From Cenarchaeum sp. (GTDB lineage: Archaea; Thermoproteota; Nitrososphaeria; Nitrososphaerales; Nitrosopumilaceae), in contig OY843584.1 of NCBI GenBank assembly GCA_963692915.1, forward strand, positions 320,001 through 384,000: DNA of 64,000 nt, written 5' to 3'. The notes beneath the pieces were generated by a model, which saw only the letters and a list, made by a program, of their open reading frames with translations, made no database searches and was not told where the DNA came from. Within the stretch, counting starts at the first letter, position 1. Each line of letters starts with the position of its first letter. The position numbers and the translations under genes are program-made. Positions 45,731 to 56,958 of this stretch are shown here, one piece after another.

Positions 45731-48700
45731 ATGTCGTTCCAGTCAACAAAGTCAATAGATGGCATACGCTTCTCGGTCTGGTCGCCAACGGAGATACGCA
45801 AGTACTCTGTAGCCGAGATAACGGCGCCTGAGACGTACGACGAGGACGGCATGGCAGTCCAGGGAGGCCTCATGGACGGCCGGCTCGGGACGCTCGAGCC
45901 GGGTCAAAAGTGCCTCACGTGCGGCAACACGAGCGCGCGCTGCCCTGGCCACTTTGGGCACATAGAGCTCGCCGAGCCCGTGTTTCACATCGCGTTTATC
46001 GACAACATCTACAAGCTCCTCCTCATGACGTGCCGCTCATGCTCGCGCCTAAAGATACCGCAGGATCACCTCGACGAGTATGCGCGCGTAAAGGCGCGTG
46101 AGGCCGCATACACGATCGTCTCACAAAAGCACATTCCAGAGAGCATACTTGAAAAGTCCCGCAAGGCAAAAGAGTGCCCGCACTGCGGAAAGTCACAATA
46201 CGAGCTTATATTTACAAAGCCGACCAACTTTATCGAAAAGACCGAGGCCGGCGAGAACAGGCTCCTTCCGATGACCATACGCGCGCGCTTTTTCCAGATA
46301 CCGGACTCTGACCTCAACCTCCTCGGCTATGACCCCGGCACGGCCCGGCCCGAGTGGTTTGTCCTCCAGGCTCTGCCAGTTGCCCCGGTAACGGTGCGCC
46401 CCTCGATAATCCTCGAGACGGGTATACGCTCCGAGGATGACCTCACGCACAAGATGGTCGATATCATACGCGTAAACCAGCGCCTAAAGGAGAGCAAGGA
46501 GGCTGGCACACCACCGCTCATCGTGCAGGATCTCGTGGATCTCCTCCAGTACCACGCAACGACATACTTTGACAACGAGGTCTCCGGCATCCCGCAGGCA
46601 CACCACCGCTCGGGTCGGCCGCTAAAGACACTCACACAGAGGCTAAAGGGCAAGGAGGGCCGCTTTAGGGGCTCGCTGTCCGGCAAACGCGTGGACTTTT
46701 CGAGCCGCACGGTCATATCGCCTGACCCAAACCTTGACCTCTCCGAGGTCGGCGTCCCGACATACATCGCGACAAAGCTGACCATACCGGAGATAGTCAC
46801 CGATTGGAACATTGCGCGAATCAGGCAACTCGTCAACAATGGCCCGGACAACTATCCGGGCGTCAACTATATTGTGCGCCCCGACGGTGTAAAGATACGC
46901 CTCGACTTTGTCGAGGATCGAGCCTCGATCGCCGAGTCGATCGAGGTCGGCTACCGTATAGAGCGCCATCTCCTTGACGGCGACATTGTCATGTTCAACC
47001 GACAGCCCTCACTGCACCAGATGTCCATAATGGCTCACTATGTCAAGGTTCTCCCCGGCAAGACATTCCGCCTCCACCCGTCAGTCTGCCCGCCATACAA
47101 CGCCGACTTTGACGGTGACGAGATGAACCTCCACGTGCCACAGAGCGAGGAGGCGCGCGCCGAGGCGATGCTCCTGATGAGGGTTCAGGATCAGATAATA
47201 TCGCCTAGGTACGGCGGCCCTATAATTGGTGCGCTGCGTGACTTTGTGACCGGCGCATACCTGCTCACGCGTGATGAGACGCACCTGTCGGCCGTAGACT
47301 TTGCCAACTATGCAATGCTCGGCGGATACGCCGGCGAGCTCCCCAAGCCGGCAACAAAGGGTTCGGGCGGAGAGGCACTCTACACGGGCAAGCAGCTCTT
47401 TTCGCTCTTTCTTCCGGCCGACTTTAACTATGTCATGACGTCAAAGTGGGCACGCGGAACTTCTGGCTCGAAACAGGACATTGTCATAAAGAACGGCGAG
47501 CTCATCAGCGGCGTAATCGACAAGGCGTCGATCGGCGCTGAGGAGCCCGAGAGCGTCCTCCACAGGATCGCCAAGGACTACAGCAATGTGCAGGCAAAGA
47601 CATTCCTCAACTCGATACTCATAATTGCAAAACAGTTCATAACGCACTATGGGTTCAGCTATGGATACTCTGACCTCGAGATGCCCGAAAAGATGCGTGC
47701 AAAAATACTCGACAACATCAATGAGAGCTATGACAGGGTCTCGGAGCTCATAACGCAGAAAAAGCGCGGCACTCTCACCGCAACGCGCGGCCTCTCTGAG
47801 GATGCCTCCCTTGAGGTCTATATCGTCAACGAGCTCTCAAAGGCGCGCGACAAGGCCGGCGGCATCGCAGACCAGGCATTTGACGAGTCCAACTCGGGAC
47901 GCATCATGGCGACAACTGGCGCGCGCGGCTCCTCGCTCAACATCGGCCAGATGGCCGGTGCGCTGGGTCAGCAGTCTCGCCGTGGCCAGCGCCTCCTCAA
48001 GGGGTACGGCGACCGCGCACTCTCGCACTATCGGCCATATGATGACAACCCAGACTCGCACGGGTTTGTGAAGTCAAACTATCGTGACGGCCTGTCGGCA
48101 CTCGAGTTCTTTTTCCACGCGATGGCCGGACGCGAGGGCCTCGTCGACACGGCCGTGCGCACGCAGCAGAGCGGCTACATGCAGCGTCGTCTCATTAACG
48201 CCCTTGAGCACATACGCCTAGAGTATGACGGAACCGTGAGGGATCCGCACGGTCACATCATACAGTTCCTCTACGGCGAGGACGGCATCGATGTCGCAAA
48301 GAGCGACCACGGCGAGGCGTTCAACATCGCGAGGCTCATCGAGTCTGAGAGGATAGTCGACAGCGGCAAAAAGGCCATGCCGACCGAGGTCGCCGCCGTG
48401 ACCAAAAAGTACACGCGGACGTTCAACACAAAGCTAAAGTCCGAGGTCTCCGAGTCGATGGCCGACTCGGGCATAAGCCTCAGTGGCGTCGAGAAGGTCT
48501 GCCGCAAGGGTCTTGAGCTCTACAACAGGGCAAAGGTCGAACCCGGACAGGCAGTCGGCATCGTCACCGCGCAGTCACTTGGCGAGCCGGGCACGCAGAT
48601 GACGCTGCGCACGTTCCACTTTGCCGGAATCAGGGAGCGCAACGTCACGCTTGGCCTGCCGCGCCTCATAGAGCTCGTCGATGCGCGAAAAAAGCCGACG

Positions 48701-49522
48701 ACGCCGACAATGGACATTTACCTCGTAGACTCGATAAAAGCAGACAAGGATCAGGCTATCGCAGTCGCAAAGAACGTCCTGCAGACGAGGGTAAAGTCGC
48801 TCGTGACGTCACAGACGGACTATACCACGCAGATAACGCTGCGCCTTGACGAGGACATGATGCGCGAGCGTGACGTGACTGCAACTGACATAGAGATTGC
48901 GCTCTCGTCGAACAAAAAGTTCAAGATTGAGGCGAGCTCCTCGACAATGGTTCTAAAGTTCGTCGAAAAGACCGACACGCAGGGCGCGCTTGCCATACTG
49001 GACAAGGTTCGCAACGCGACGGTAAAGGGAGTTCCTGACGTCGAGCGCGTTACGCTGATCCAGAGCGACGGCGAGTGGGTCATCCAGACGACGGGCTCAA
49101 ACCTCGCCGGCGTCCTCAAGGTCGAGGGGATAAACCGCCGCAAGATTCGCACAAACAACGTCATGGAGATCGCCGAGACGCTAGGAATAGAGGCCGCGCG
49201 CAATGCGCTAATCAGCGAGCTCAACTCGACGCTCGAAGACCAGGGTCTCGAAGTAGATGACCGCTACATCATGCTAGTCGCCGACCTGATGTGCTCGCGC
49301 GGGTATATGCAGCAGATAGGGCGCCACGGTGTCGCCGGCACAAAGGACAGCGTCCTTGCGCGCGCGGCCTTTGAAATTACTGTCCCGACGATTGCGCGCG
49401 CGGCCCTCGGTGGCGAGGTTGAGCGCCTGCGCGGCGTGACTGAGAACGTCATCGTCGGCAGCAACATCCCAATTGGAAGCGGAACCGTAGACCTGTACAT
49501 GCAGGTCTCAAAGAGGCGATAG
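45731..49522 (+). CDS. rpo1: RNA polymerase largest subunit Rpo1 (unsplit A'+A'')
   Basis: CPGHFGHI, NADFDGD, GEPGTQMTLRTFH in a single ORF. Confidence 0.98.
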   Translation: MSFQSTKSIDGIRFSVWSPTEIRKYSVAEITAPETYDEDGMAVQGGLMDGRLGTLEPGQKCLTCGNTSARCPGHFGHIELAEPVFHIAFIDNIYKLLLMTCRSCSRLKIPQDHLDEYARVKAREAAYTIVSQKHIPESILEKSRKAKECPHCGKSQYELIFTKPTNFIEKTEAGENRLLPMTIRARFFQIPDSDLNLLGYDPGTARPEWFVLQALPVAPVTVRPSIILETGIRSEDDLTHKMVDIIRVNQRLKESKEAGTPPLIVQDLVDLLQYHATTYFDNEVSGIPQAHHRSGRPLKTLTQRLKGKEGRFRGSLSGKRVDFSSRTVISPDPNLDLSEVGVPTYIATKLTIPEIVTDWNIARIRQLVNNGPDNYPGVNYIVRPDGVKIRLDFVEDRASIAESIEVGYRIERHLLDGDIVMFNRQPSLHQMSIMAHYVKVLPGKTFRLHPSVCPPYNADFDGDEMNLHVPQSEEARAEAMLLMRVQDQIISPRYGGPIIGALRDFVTGAYLLTRDETHLSAVDFANYAMLGGYAGELPKPATKGSGGEALYTGKQLFSLFLPADFNYVMTSKWARGTSGSKQDIVIKNGELISGVIDKASIGAEEPESVLHRIAKDYSNVQAKTFLNSILIIAKQFITHYGFSYGYSDLEMPEKMRAKILDNINESYDRVSELITQKKRGTLTATRGLSEDASLEVYIVNELSKARDKAGGIADQAFDESNSGRIMATTGARGSSLNIGQMAGALGQQSRRGQRLLKGYGDRALSHYRPYDDNPDSHGFVKSNYRDGLSALEFFFHAMAGREGLVDTAVRTQQSGYMQRRLINALEHIRLEYDGTVRDPHGHIIQFLYGEDGIDVAKSDHGEAFNIARLIESERIVDSGKKAMPTEVAAVTKKYTRTFNTKLKSEVSESMADSGISLSGVEKVCRKGLELYNRAKVEPGQAVGIVTAQSLGEPGTQMTLRTFHFAGIRERNVTLGLPRLIELVDARKKPTTPTMDIYLVDSIKADKDQAIAVAKNVLQTRVKSLVTSQTDYTTQITLRLDEDMMRERDVTATDIEIALSSNKKFKIEASSSTMVLKFVEKTDTQGALAILDKVRNATVKGVPDVERVTLIQSDGEWVIQTTGSNLAGVLKVEGINRRKIRTNNVMEIAETLGIEAARNALISELNSTLEDQGLEVDDRYIMLVADLMCSRGYMQQIGRHGVAGTKDSVLARAAFEITVPTIARAALGGEVERLRGVTENVIVGSNIPIGSGTVDLYMQVSKRR

Positions 49523-49569
49523 GCTGTCATGGCGCCTGGGCTTTTCACTCTGGAGGCGAGTAACTAGCG

Positions 49570-49869
49570 ATGGCCTCTGCGCTCCAAAAGGCGCTAAAGG
49601 AGTCTCTAAAGGACAAGCAGTGCGCATTGGGCGCGCGTGCCGTCAGCACATCGATCGCAAAGAGCAAGCTCGTCATCGTCTCCTCCTCGGCTCCGTCCTC
49701 GATTAACGAGTCTGCCGAGTCCGCCGGCGTGCCAGTCGTGAGCCTCGACTCGACATCCGTCGAGCTCGGGCGCCTCTGCGGGCGCCAGCACCGCGTCTCG
49801 GCGATCTCCTTCACAAAGCTTGCCGCGGCGAGCGTCAAGGCCATCATGGGGGAGCACTCGCGGGAATGA
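49570..49869 (+). CDS. rpl30e: Ribosomal protein L30e
   Basis: L7Ae/L30e fold (LGARA...SKLVIVS...ELGRLCG); position between rpo1 and nusA. Confidence 0.88.
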   Translation: MASALQKALKESLKDKQCALGARAVSTSIAKSKLVIVSSSAPSSINESAESAGVPVVSLDSTSVELGRLCGRQHRVSAISFTKLAAASVKAIMGEHSRE

Positions 49870-50327
49870 CCGAGATAAAGATCACGCAGGACCAGCTCCG
49901 CCTCATGTCGATTTTTGAGGGCAAGACACACGTTGCGGCTCGTGACTGCGTCGAGGACGAGAAGCATGACAGGATAATCTTTGTAGTTGACGAGGGCAAG
50001 GTCGCCGCGGCCGTGGGCAAAGGGGGCTCGTCGATTCGCGCTGCGCAGCACGCCATACAGCGCAACGTCGAGATCGTCGAGTATTCCGACGAACCGGCAC
50101 GCTTTGTAGCCAACGTGCTCAACCGCAAGCTCGTCAGCAACGTAAAGATAAATAGACGTGATGACGGTACGCTTGCTGCTACAGTCATGGTGGAACCCAA
50201 CAAGAAGGCACTTGCGATAGGACGCGAAGGGCGCAATGCCGCCAAGGCGCGCCTCCTCGCGCAGCGCCACTTTGGGATAACGAGCGTCTCCATAGAGAAC
50301 GCCGAGGCGGCGATCCAGGAGGTATGA
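49866..50327 (+). CDS. nusA: Archaeal NusA (KH domains)
   Basis: [21 protein letters not shown]. Confidence 0.93.
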   Translation: MTEIKITQDQLRLMSIFEGKTHVAARDCVEDEKHDRIIFVVDEGKVAAAVGKGGSSIRAAQHAIQRNVEIVEYSDEPARFVANVLNRKLVSNVKINRRDDGTLAATVMVEPNKKALAIGREGRNAAKARLLAQRHFGITSVSIENAEAAIQEV

Positions 50328-50334
50328 CGGGATA

Positions 50335-50772
50335 ATGGCAAAGTCTCCACTGGGCCTGTTCGCCGGCCGTGCAATCCGCACAAAGCGCAAGCGCCAGAGG
50401 TGGTCAATATCGACGTACAAGAGGAGGCGCCTGGGTCTTGACCGCAAGGCAAACCCGATGGGTGGCGCGCCACAGGCTCGCGGGATTGTGCTCGAAAAGG
50501 TTGGCGTCGAGGCAAAGCAGCCCAACTCGGCGGTTCGCAAGTGCGTGCGCGTGCAGCTCATAAAGAACGGCAAGTCAGTGACGGCGTTCCTTCCGCGTGA
50601 CGGCGCGATGAACTTTATCGAAGAGCACGATGAGGTTCACATACAGGGCATGGGCGCAACTCAGGGAGGTGCCATGGGCGACATTCCCGGCGTGCGATTC
50701 AAGGTCTTCAAGGTAAACGACACGTCGCTCCACGAACTCGTCATCGGCAAAAAGGAGAAGCCACGGCGATGA
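50335..50772 (+). CDS. rps12: 30S ribosomal protein S12
   Basis: [32 protein letters not shown]. Confidence 0.98.
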   Translation: MAKSPLGLFAGRAIRTKRKRQRWSISTYKRRRLGLDRKANPMGGAPQARGIVLEKVGVEAKQPNSAVRKCVRVQLIKNGKSVTAFLPRDGAMNFIEEHDEVHIQGMGATQGGAMGDIPGVRFKVFKVNDTSLHELVIGKKEKPRR

Positions 50773-51374
50773 CGGCCAAGGATGCGCCTGACTTTAGGCT
50801 CTTTGGCATATGGGATACGTCAGGCGTCGAGATCTCTGACAAGAGCCTCGGTCGCGCAATATCTCTGCGCAGCGTCGTCATGCCCGTCACGTATGGCCGC
50901 TCTGCGCTAAAGCGTTTCAACAAGGAGGATGCGCACATCGTTGAGCGTCTCGCAAACAAAATGATGCACTTTGGCAAGAAATACGCAAAGAACACTGGCC
51001 GCATGGCAGGCAAAAAGATGCGCATATTCAACACGATAAAGGCCGCATTTGCGATAATCGAGCTAAAGACGGGGCGCAACCCCGTTGAGGTTCTCGTGCG
51101 CGCAGTCGAGCATTCGGCGCCCAACGAGGACACAACGAGGATCGTCTACGGCGGGACAGTCTACCACGTCTCCGTTGACGTCTCGCCACTGCGCCGCGTG
51201 GATCTTGCGCTAAAGTTCATCGCCGACGGCGTGCGTGAGAGCTCGTTCTCCAACCCGCGGTCCATCGAGGAGTACCTTGCTGACCACCTCGTGCAGGCAG
51301 CTGACAACTCGCCAGACGCGCCATCAGTCAAGCGCAAGCACGAGCTAGAGCGCATAGCGCAGGCCTCGCGATAG
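50769..51374 (+). CDS. rps7: 30S ribosomal protein S7
   Basis: [39 protein letters not shown]. Confidence 0.97.
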   Translation: MTAKDAPDFRLFGIWDTSGVEISDKSLGRAISLRSVVMPVTYGRSALKRFNKEDAHIVERLANKMMHFGKKYAKNTGRMAGKKMRIFNTIKAAFAIIELKTGRNPVEVLVRAVEHSAPNEDTTRIVYGGTVYHVSVDVSPLRRVDLALKFIADGVRESSFSNPRSIEEYLADHLVQAADNSPDAPSVKRKHELERIAQASR

Positions 51375-51463
51375 TCTTACGCTTGCGGCCGGCGCGCTGG
51401 CGTGGAGCGCATTTCTGTCATTGCACCTGTGCTGTCCGCCGCACGTCCTGATGATAGTTGGGG

Positions 51464-51573
51464 TAGCCCGAGGCAGATTCGAACTGCCGTCCCCGCGTTT
51501 CTTCTCTTGAGATCCAGAGCGCGAGATCCGTGACCCAGGCGTGATGCCTGATTGGCCGCTAGACTATCGGGCT
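51464..51573 (-). tRNA. tRNA-Gln(CTG) with a D-loop intron and a 37/38 intron
   Basis: AGCCCGA/TCGGGCT-A (A1-U72); TCGCG-CT-CTG-G[intron]A-CGCGG; BHB GGCC-AAT...GGTC-ACG. Confidence 0.9.
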
Positions 51574-51631
51574 ATGCGCGCAATGCCTAGGGTGGCGCGT
51601 TATAACGATTTGCCGGCTTGTGGGCGCGCCC

Positions 51632-52018
51632 TCACCCTCTTCTGAGTCGGAGCGACGCCGAGTTTATGCAGTAGCGCAGGCCTGTGGGCGCCGGTCCGTC
51701 ATCAAAGACGTGCCCGAGGTGTGCGCCACACCGCGAGCATGAGACCTCTGTGCGCAGCATGCCATGGCTCGTGTCCTCTCCGGAGGAGACGTGATCCTCG
51801 TCGGCAGGTCTGAAAAAGCTTGGCCATCCGGTGCCCGAGTCAAACTTTGTGCCTGACTCAAAGAGATCCTGGTCGCAACACGCGCACAGGTACGTGCCGG
51901 CGTCTTTGCAGTCATGGTACTCACCGGAGAACGGAGGCTCAGTCTGGCCGCCAAAGCAGACGGCATGGCGCTCAGCATCTAGGCTGCGTCTCTTTGCCTC
52001 AATCTCCGCTGAGTCCAT
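51632..52018 (-). CDS. msrB: Peptide methionine-(R)-sulfoxide reductase
   Basis: [34 protein letters not shown]. Confidence 0.96.
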   Translation of the reverse strand: MDSAEIEAKRRSLDAERHAVCFGGQTEPPFSGEYHDCKDAGTYLCACCDQDLFESGTKFDSGTGWPSFFRPADEDHVSSGEDTSHGMLRTEVSCSRCGAHLGHVFDDGPAPTGLRYCINSASLRLRRG

Positions 52019-52044
52019 GCGACTCCGCGCATGTGTGCGCATAT

Positions 52045-53676
52045 TTAGGATTTTGCTGCGCGTCGGCGCTTTTGCTCTGCCCTCTTTTCTGCACCGAGCC
52101 GCTCAAGCCTATGGTCGCCCATGTCGGCAAACTTTACAATCCTGGACAGGACGGGATGTCTTGCGCGAATCTGTGCGAGCATTGACTGTGCTGCCCTGCG
52201 ATAGTCGCCGTGACCCTGCGGCGACGTGCGCAGCTCGATTAGGTGGCACGCTTCTCGCAGGTTTATGCGCATAAAATACTGGTAAATGTACGCAAAGTTC
52301 ACGACATACTGTGCGCGCGCCGCGCTCTGTCGGGCTATTCTCGCGTGCGTCTCCCTTGATAACTCCATGCATGCCCTGTACTCGTTGGCCATGCCAATGT
52401 CGGCTATCTCTGGCGGTGTGTCATACCCCATGCTAGTTCCCAGCAACTTTCTCTGCATTGTCATTATGCGGTGGCGGTGAAGGTCGCGAAACATGCCATA
52501 GTTGGTGGCCATCTCAAAAGAGTACTCGGCGAGCTCAAATGCCCTGGGCGGGCGGTGCCTCCGGTTGCGCCGCAGCGCGGTGACTGAGCCGATGATCCTG
52601 CTCCTGGCCGCCGCGCTTTGGCTTGATGCCTGCCTTGCAAGCTCTGCATGGGACAGCCACGAGTCCTCGTACTCGAGGCCGGCTATCACGCGGCTCAGCG
52701 CGCGTGCCTCGCCCTCGCACTCTGTGAGGCGCACGCCGGCTCGCGCACGAGGGGACGGCGGGACGGCGCGCCGCGCTCGACGCTTGAGCGATCTCAGGTA
52801 CTTTTGGTGCGCGATGCCGTGCCTGTCGCCAGAGCGCCTCACAAACGCGCCCATCGTCGGCTCGAGCTCTTGCCTTATTGCCTCGCCGACCTCGCGCTCC
52901 TCGCGAAGGCCTGATGCGAGGAGGACGGTTATGAGATACTCAAATGCCCTGCCGTTGCCTGATATGCCGACGTTTGTCAGCGTTGATGCGGGCAAGAGAC
53001 CGCGCAGCGCATCGAGTGCCTTTGCCCTAGTTGATCCGCGCCATGCGACCTGTGCGGACGCAATGTCTGTTTTGTCTGACAGCCTGCCAAACGAAACCTC
53101 GCGTCCTTTTGTGGAGTCTAGAAACGAGAACCCCTCAATCGGCGTGCGCTCGCGCACAAGTGCGAGCATTGGTTCTAGCGCGCGTGAATATGTCTCAAAT
53201 GCCATGTTGCACGACTCGACATACGCGTCAGCATTCCTCGAGCGCATGATGTCTGGCTCGCGGTAAAACATGTACTCACCGTTGGCCTTTTTGTCCCACG
53301 CGACATAGCGCGAGGACTTTTCTAGGTATGACAAGCCAATGCGGCGATCCTCGATAGTCTTTACCGCAATGTTTGAGACTCCCTCGACTCCAATCTGCGC
53401 GAACCCGAGCTCGGCAATCGAGTCATCGCCATACTCGCCTAGAACCCTCGAGTAAAACGCCTCTCCGCGCGCGGCGTTGTGCGCAAACTCGTCAAGAAAG
53501 ACGCGCCTCATGCCTTTGGCCGTCCGGCTATAGCGCGACATTAGCGCACCCCTGTCAACCTGGCGTGGCGTCGTTATCTCAAAGACGGAGCCCTCGGCAT
53601 TGCTAAAGTGACCCTCTAGGGCGCGCTGCTCGGCGCGCGTTAGGGCAGGCTTGCCGTGGCGCGGCGCACTAGCCAT
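52045..53676 (-). CDS. thyX: FAD-dependent thymidylate synthase (two-domain ThyX)
   Basis: [31 protein letters not shown]...ELRT. Confidence 0.9.
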   Translation of the reverse strand: MASAPRHGKPALTRAEQRALEGHFSNAEGSVFEITTPRQVDRGALMSRYSRTAKGMRRVFLDEFAHNAARGEAFYSRVLGEYGDDSIAELGFAQIGVEGVSNIAVKTIEDRRIGLSYLEKSSRYVAWDKKANGEYMFYREPDIMRSRNADAYVESCNMAFETYSRALEPMLALVRERTPIEGFSFLDSTKGREVSFGRLSDKTDIASAQVAWRGSTRAKALDALRGLLPASTLTNVGISGNGRAFEYLITVLLASGLREEREVGEAIRQELEPTMGAFVRRSGDRHGIAHQKYLRSLKRRARRAVPPSPRARAGVRLTECEGEARALSRVIAGLEYEDSWLSHAELARQASSQSAAARSRIIGSVTALRRNRRHRPPRAFELAEYSFEMATNYGMFRDLHRHRIMTMQRKLLGTSMGYDTPPEIADIGMANEYRACMELSRETHARIARQSAARAQYVVNFAYIYQYFMRINLREACHLIELRTSPQGHGDYRRAAQSMLAQIRARHPVLSRIVKFADMGDHRLERLGAEKRAEQKRRRAAKS

Positions 53677-53962
53677 CCCCGTTCCTGGTTCCGATCTGTA
53701 TTAGGTCTGGCGCGTCCTGGTCCTTCATGCCCTTGGCCTGCCACCTCTGCAGGACGGCCTTGAAGGCCTCGGCGTCCTCCTCGCTCTCGGTGTACATTAT
53801 GGCCGTGACCCACCTTCCGGTGCCGGCCTTGCCTCCCACGGAGTTCATCCAAAAGTCGCCGGGGAGCATGTCCATAGCCTTGTTGTCCGGGTTCCTTGAC
53901 ATGTCTGTCCACCTCTTGGAGACGAACTGCATGACCTGGATCAGGCCATCCTTGCTCAGCAT
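53669..53962 (-). CDS. Hypothetical protein
   Basis: ATG at 53962 lies about 25 nt after TTTTAAAA; stop overlaps the thyX start. Confidence 0.7.
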   Translation of the reverse strand: MLSKDGLIQVMQFVSKRWTDMSRNPDNKAMDMLPGDFWMNSVGGKAGTGRWVTAIMYTESEEDAEAFKAVLQRWQAKGMKDQDAPDLIQIGTRNGDG

Positions 53963-54087
53963 GGCAGGCGCCGATATGCCGTGGGATTTTAAAATTGCGC
54001 TCCATACGCCCATGTCAACGCATTCTAACCCAAACTTTAACAAATTTTAACACGGGTGCGGTTATATCCACATATAGAGACGGGCGC

Positions 54088-54933
54088 ATGAACACACCCG
54101 ACGCATCGCTCGTTGGAAAGCGCGTCAAGGACATGCACGGCGCGCCCATCGGACACGTTGTGGGGACCATCACGGACATCGACGGGACGGTCCAGACGGT
54201 AGGCGTGGATCGCGGCTCTGGGGGCCTTGAACAGATTCCACACCACCAGCTGGTCGTGCAGCCCGACGTGGTCATCTACATCCCGATGTGGCGACTCGAC
54301 TCACAGAGGTTGCTGCGTGAAAAAGAGCTTGCGCTTAGGCGCATAAAGGCTCTCATGTCAATCGTTCGCGAGAACGACGACATGAAGGAGGATGCCGAGC
54401 TCATACACGACAAGTACAAGGCAAAGCTCGCATCACTTGACGAACTGCAAGAGCAAATCAGGGCAAAACTCGAGTTTCGGCTTGCCGAGCTCGATACGCA
54501 GCTAAAGAGCGTCAAAACGCTGATATTCGACGCAAAGGTACAGAACAAGAGCGGAGAGATAACCGACGACGCATTCGAGTCGGTAAAGAACCACACAAGC
54601 CGCCTAGTCGAGCAGATCACCAGGGAGCACGGCGAGATCACCAGCGTGCAGAGGAGAATCACGGACCTCAGCATAAAGGTGCAGGAAGCCATGGACCCAG
54701 AGGTGACGCTGCAGGACTCGGCGACATCGTACCTTGGGGGCGAACCGACGGCCGCAGAAAAGCTGCCCGAGGCGCCCACTCACAATCCACAACCGGCAGA
54801 TTCGGGAGAACTGCAACCCACACCCACACCAATGCCTGCCGCAATGCGGCAGGCCGCAGACCAGGGTCCGGCCAACAGTGGAGAGAGCGTGACGCCACAA
54901 TCTAGCTGGTTAGCGCGGATGGAGTCCCAGTGA
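54088..54933 (+). CDS. cdvA: Cell division protein CdvA
   Basis: N-terminal PRC barrel GKRVKDMHG..IG.VVG, long coiled coil, low-complexity tail. Confidence 0.85.
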   Translation: MNTPDASLVGKRVKDMHGAPIGHVVGTITDIDGTVQTVGVDRGSGGLEQIPHHQLVVQPDVVIYIPMWRLDSQRLLREKELALRRIKALMSIVRENDDMKEDAELIHDKYKAKLASLDELQEQIRAKLEFRLAELDTQLKSVKTLIFDAKVQNKSGEITDDAFESVKNHTSRLVEQITREHGEITSVQRRITDLSIKVQEAMDPEVTLQDSATSYLGGEPTAAEKLPEAPTHNPQPADSGELQPTPTPMPAAMRQAADQGPANSGESVTPQSSWLARMESQ

Positions 54934-54986
54934 CTGGGACTCTGTCCACTTTTTCTCGCGTTCAATAGCAACCTTCAAAAACCCTC

Positions 54987-55250
54987 TTGCGGGCGCGTCG
55001 CGTCGATGCGGCCTTGAATAACGGCTTTGTGATCGCGATCGTCTTTCTCGCCGTGGGCATAGGGCTCACGGCCTGGGTCACGGCGTACAAGGACTCTGTG
55101 CTGCGCCCCCTCGCCGAGGACCAGCTCGTCCTCATGCAGGCCATGGACTGCGAGGAGCTCGTCACGTATGCGGCAACAGGCTACTTTTGGTCTGCTGAAA
55201 ACGGCAAGTGGATTAGGGAGCGCACCGACGCGTGCAAGGCCGGCATCTAG
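54987..55250 (+). CDS. Small membrane-anchored hypothetical protein
   Basis: TM helix GFVIAIVFLAVGIGLTAWV; Cys pair; true start possibly TTG at 55014. Confidence 0.7.
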   Translation: MRARRVDAALNNGFVIAIVFLAVGIGLTAWVTAYKDSVLRPLAEDQLVLMQAMDCEELVTYAATGYFWSAENGKWIRERTDACKAGI

Positions 55251-55444
55251 GGCACGGGGGGAGCAGTCGTGCAGGGCGCATCCACGGGCTCCCGGATCGC
55301 AGCTGATCCCGCCACGCGCCCCCTGGTGACGAATCTGGCTAGACGTTATTGTGCTGTGGGGCCATGCTGGTGGGCGTGATGACGCGAACAGGGTTCAAGA
55401 ACACGTTTGCCCCCGCTGTGGCAAGTGACACCCTTGACGTGTCC

Positions 55445-56023
55445 ATGATCATCGTGGGTCTCCGCTATGGAACCATAAAGGAAGATAGCCTGCCTCCTGA
55501 GGTTCACGATGCCGTTGCAGCCGAGCTTGACAGGCGCATGCGCGAGTCGATCTCCCCGTCTAGGGCACTGTTGCTCGTGCTAGGAACCATGGGCGACGTG
55601 AGGGGTTCTGCCCGATTGCAGAAATACATGTTTCTTGTGGACATGAGCATGTATTCACACAAGACAAGGGGGCTGTACAATATGTATGGGTGGAAATCCC
55701 ACCGCTATGGGCCATACAGTACTGGGCTTGAACGGTACGTTGGCACGGCTGTTAATAACGGCCTCGTTGAAACGTTTCAGATTCCTGCCCCGGACGGAAA
55801 AACCGGAACGGGGTATCGCCTTACGGACACTGGGATGGCCGAGTTTCAGAGGCTCCTGGCATCTTTTAGTAGTGATTCAGATCGCATAAAGTCACTGCTT
55901 GAGAAGTTTGCGCATGACGTACAGGTTGATCCACTTGTCAGGCACGTCCATTCACATTATCCGGAATTTACCGACAAGAGCATGACGCACACTCGTGCCA
56001 CATGTGCTGATTTTGCGGTCTGA
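55445..56023 (+). CDS. Panacea/SocA (DUF4065)/YwgA-like wHTH protein
   Basis: VRGSARLQKYMFL, YGWKSHRYGPYS, YRLTDTG, LVRHVHSHYPEF; start uncertain (ORF opens at 55349). Confidence 0.7.
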   Translation: MIIVGLRYGTIKEDSLPPEVHDAVAAELDRRMRESISPSRALLLVLGTMGDVRGSARLQKYMFLVDMSMYSHKTRGLYNMYGWKSHRYGPYSTGLERYVGTAVNNGLVETFQIPAPDGKTGTGYRLTDTGMAEFQRLLASFSSDSDRIKSLLEKFAHDVQVDPLVRHVHSHYPEFTDKSMTHTRATCADFAV

Positions 56024-56372
56024 CCCGAACACAACTATGACTGCCGATGACGCCATAGTCATGTGCGAGCATGCTGTTTCCATGGGACATGTCTAGTTTA
56101 TTTGACGGTGGAACTTTGGGGGTCGAATGCACAAAGAGCCGTCACTTGCGCTTAATCACGGCGTGGGCGAATCCACGATCAGAGATAACCTCGGGAAATA
56201 TGGGCAAGAGGGGGACTGCGCCACACATGTATATGCCGACACGATGTGCCTTGAGGATTGTGGGCCTGCGCGCAATTGACCCTGCTCGCTGACGTGCGCC
56301 GCTGTCCATGCATGACCGCATGGTCGGCGACACCTTCAGAAATATTAGGCCCCGCGGCACGCTGCGCCCCGG

Positions 56373-56930
56373 ATGCTCCCGCGACTCGACTCTATACGCC
56401 CCGCGCGCCTCAAGCTCCGAATCACGCAAAAAAAGCTCGCCTCGATCGTCGGCGTGAGCACGTCGATGATAAACCAGATAGAGTCATCACGCTGCTCGCC
56501 GAGCTACGAGACGGCGCGCCGCATATTCGAGGCTCTCGCCTCCCTAGAGGCCAGCAAGTCAGCCCACAGGGCCGGCGAGCTCTGCAACCACGTCATTGTA
56601 AAGATGCGCCCGGATAACACGATGCATGCGGCGATCACGAAAATGCGCCAGCACTCGATAAGCCAGATACCCGTCTTTGAGGGCAAGGTTCCAGTCGGCG
56701 TAATCACCGAGGACGGCATAATGCGCCACATTGCCGACTCGGAGAAGCTCAATCTCCGCAGCGCGCTTGTGCGCGAGGCGATGGACGCGCCGCCGCCAAT
56801 CGTGGATCACGAGACGCCGGCCCACGCGCTAGCGCCGCTCATACGCCTGACAAAGTGCATACTCGTCTCGCGCAGGTCATCGATCATTGGGATCATGACG
56901 GCCTCAGACACGCTAAAGATCGTCGAGTAG
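56373..56930 (+). CDS. XRE-HTH plus CBS-pair transcription regulator
   Basis: ITQKKLASIVGVSTSMINQIES; ISQIPV...VGVITE; IGIMTASD. Confidence 0.92.
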   Translation: MLPRLDSIRPARLKLRITQKKLASIVGVSTSMINQIESSRCSPSYETARRIFEALASLEASKSAHRAGELCNHVIVKMRPDNTMHAAITKMRQHSISQIPVFEGKVPVGVITEDGIMRHIADSEKLNLRSALVREAMDAPPPIVDHETPAHALAPLIRLTKCILVSRRSSIIGIMTASDTLKIVE

Positions 56931-56958
56931 GGCGCAAGCGCATGTAAATCTACATAAG

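Noticed and set aside
49545-50573. Long antisense ORFs (also 3040-3900, 15820-16683, 19668-20489, 26089-26931, 58656-59432)
   Set aside because: Shadow frames of well-supported genes in a GC-rich genome
45731-54933. Unsplit rpo1, no EF-2 gene after rps7, and cdvA without cdvB/cdvC
   Set aside because: As far as I recall these are normal for Nitrososphaerota, so not novel
55201-55213. ACGGCAAGTGGAT identical to part of repeat copy B
   Set aside because: Lies within a CDS (NGKWI) and does not extend; likely chance
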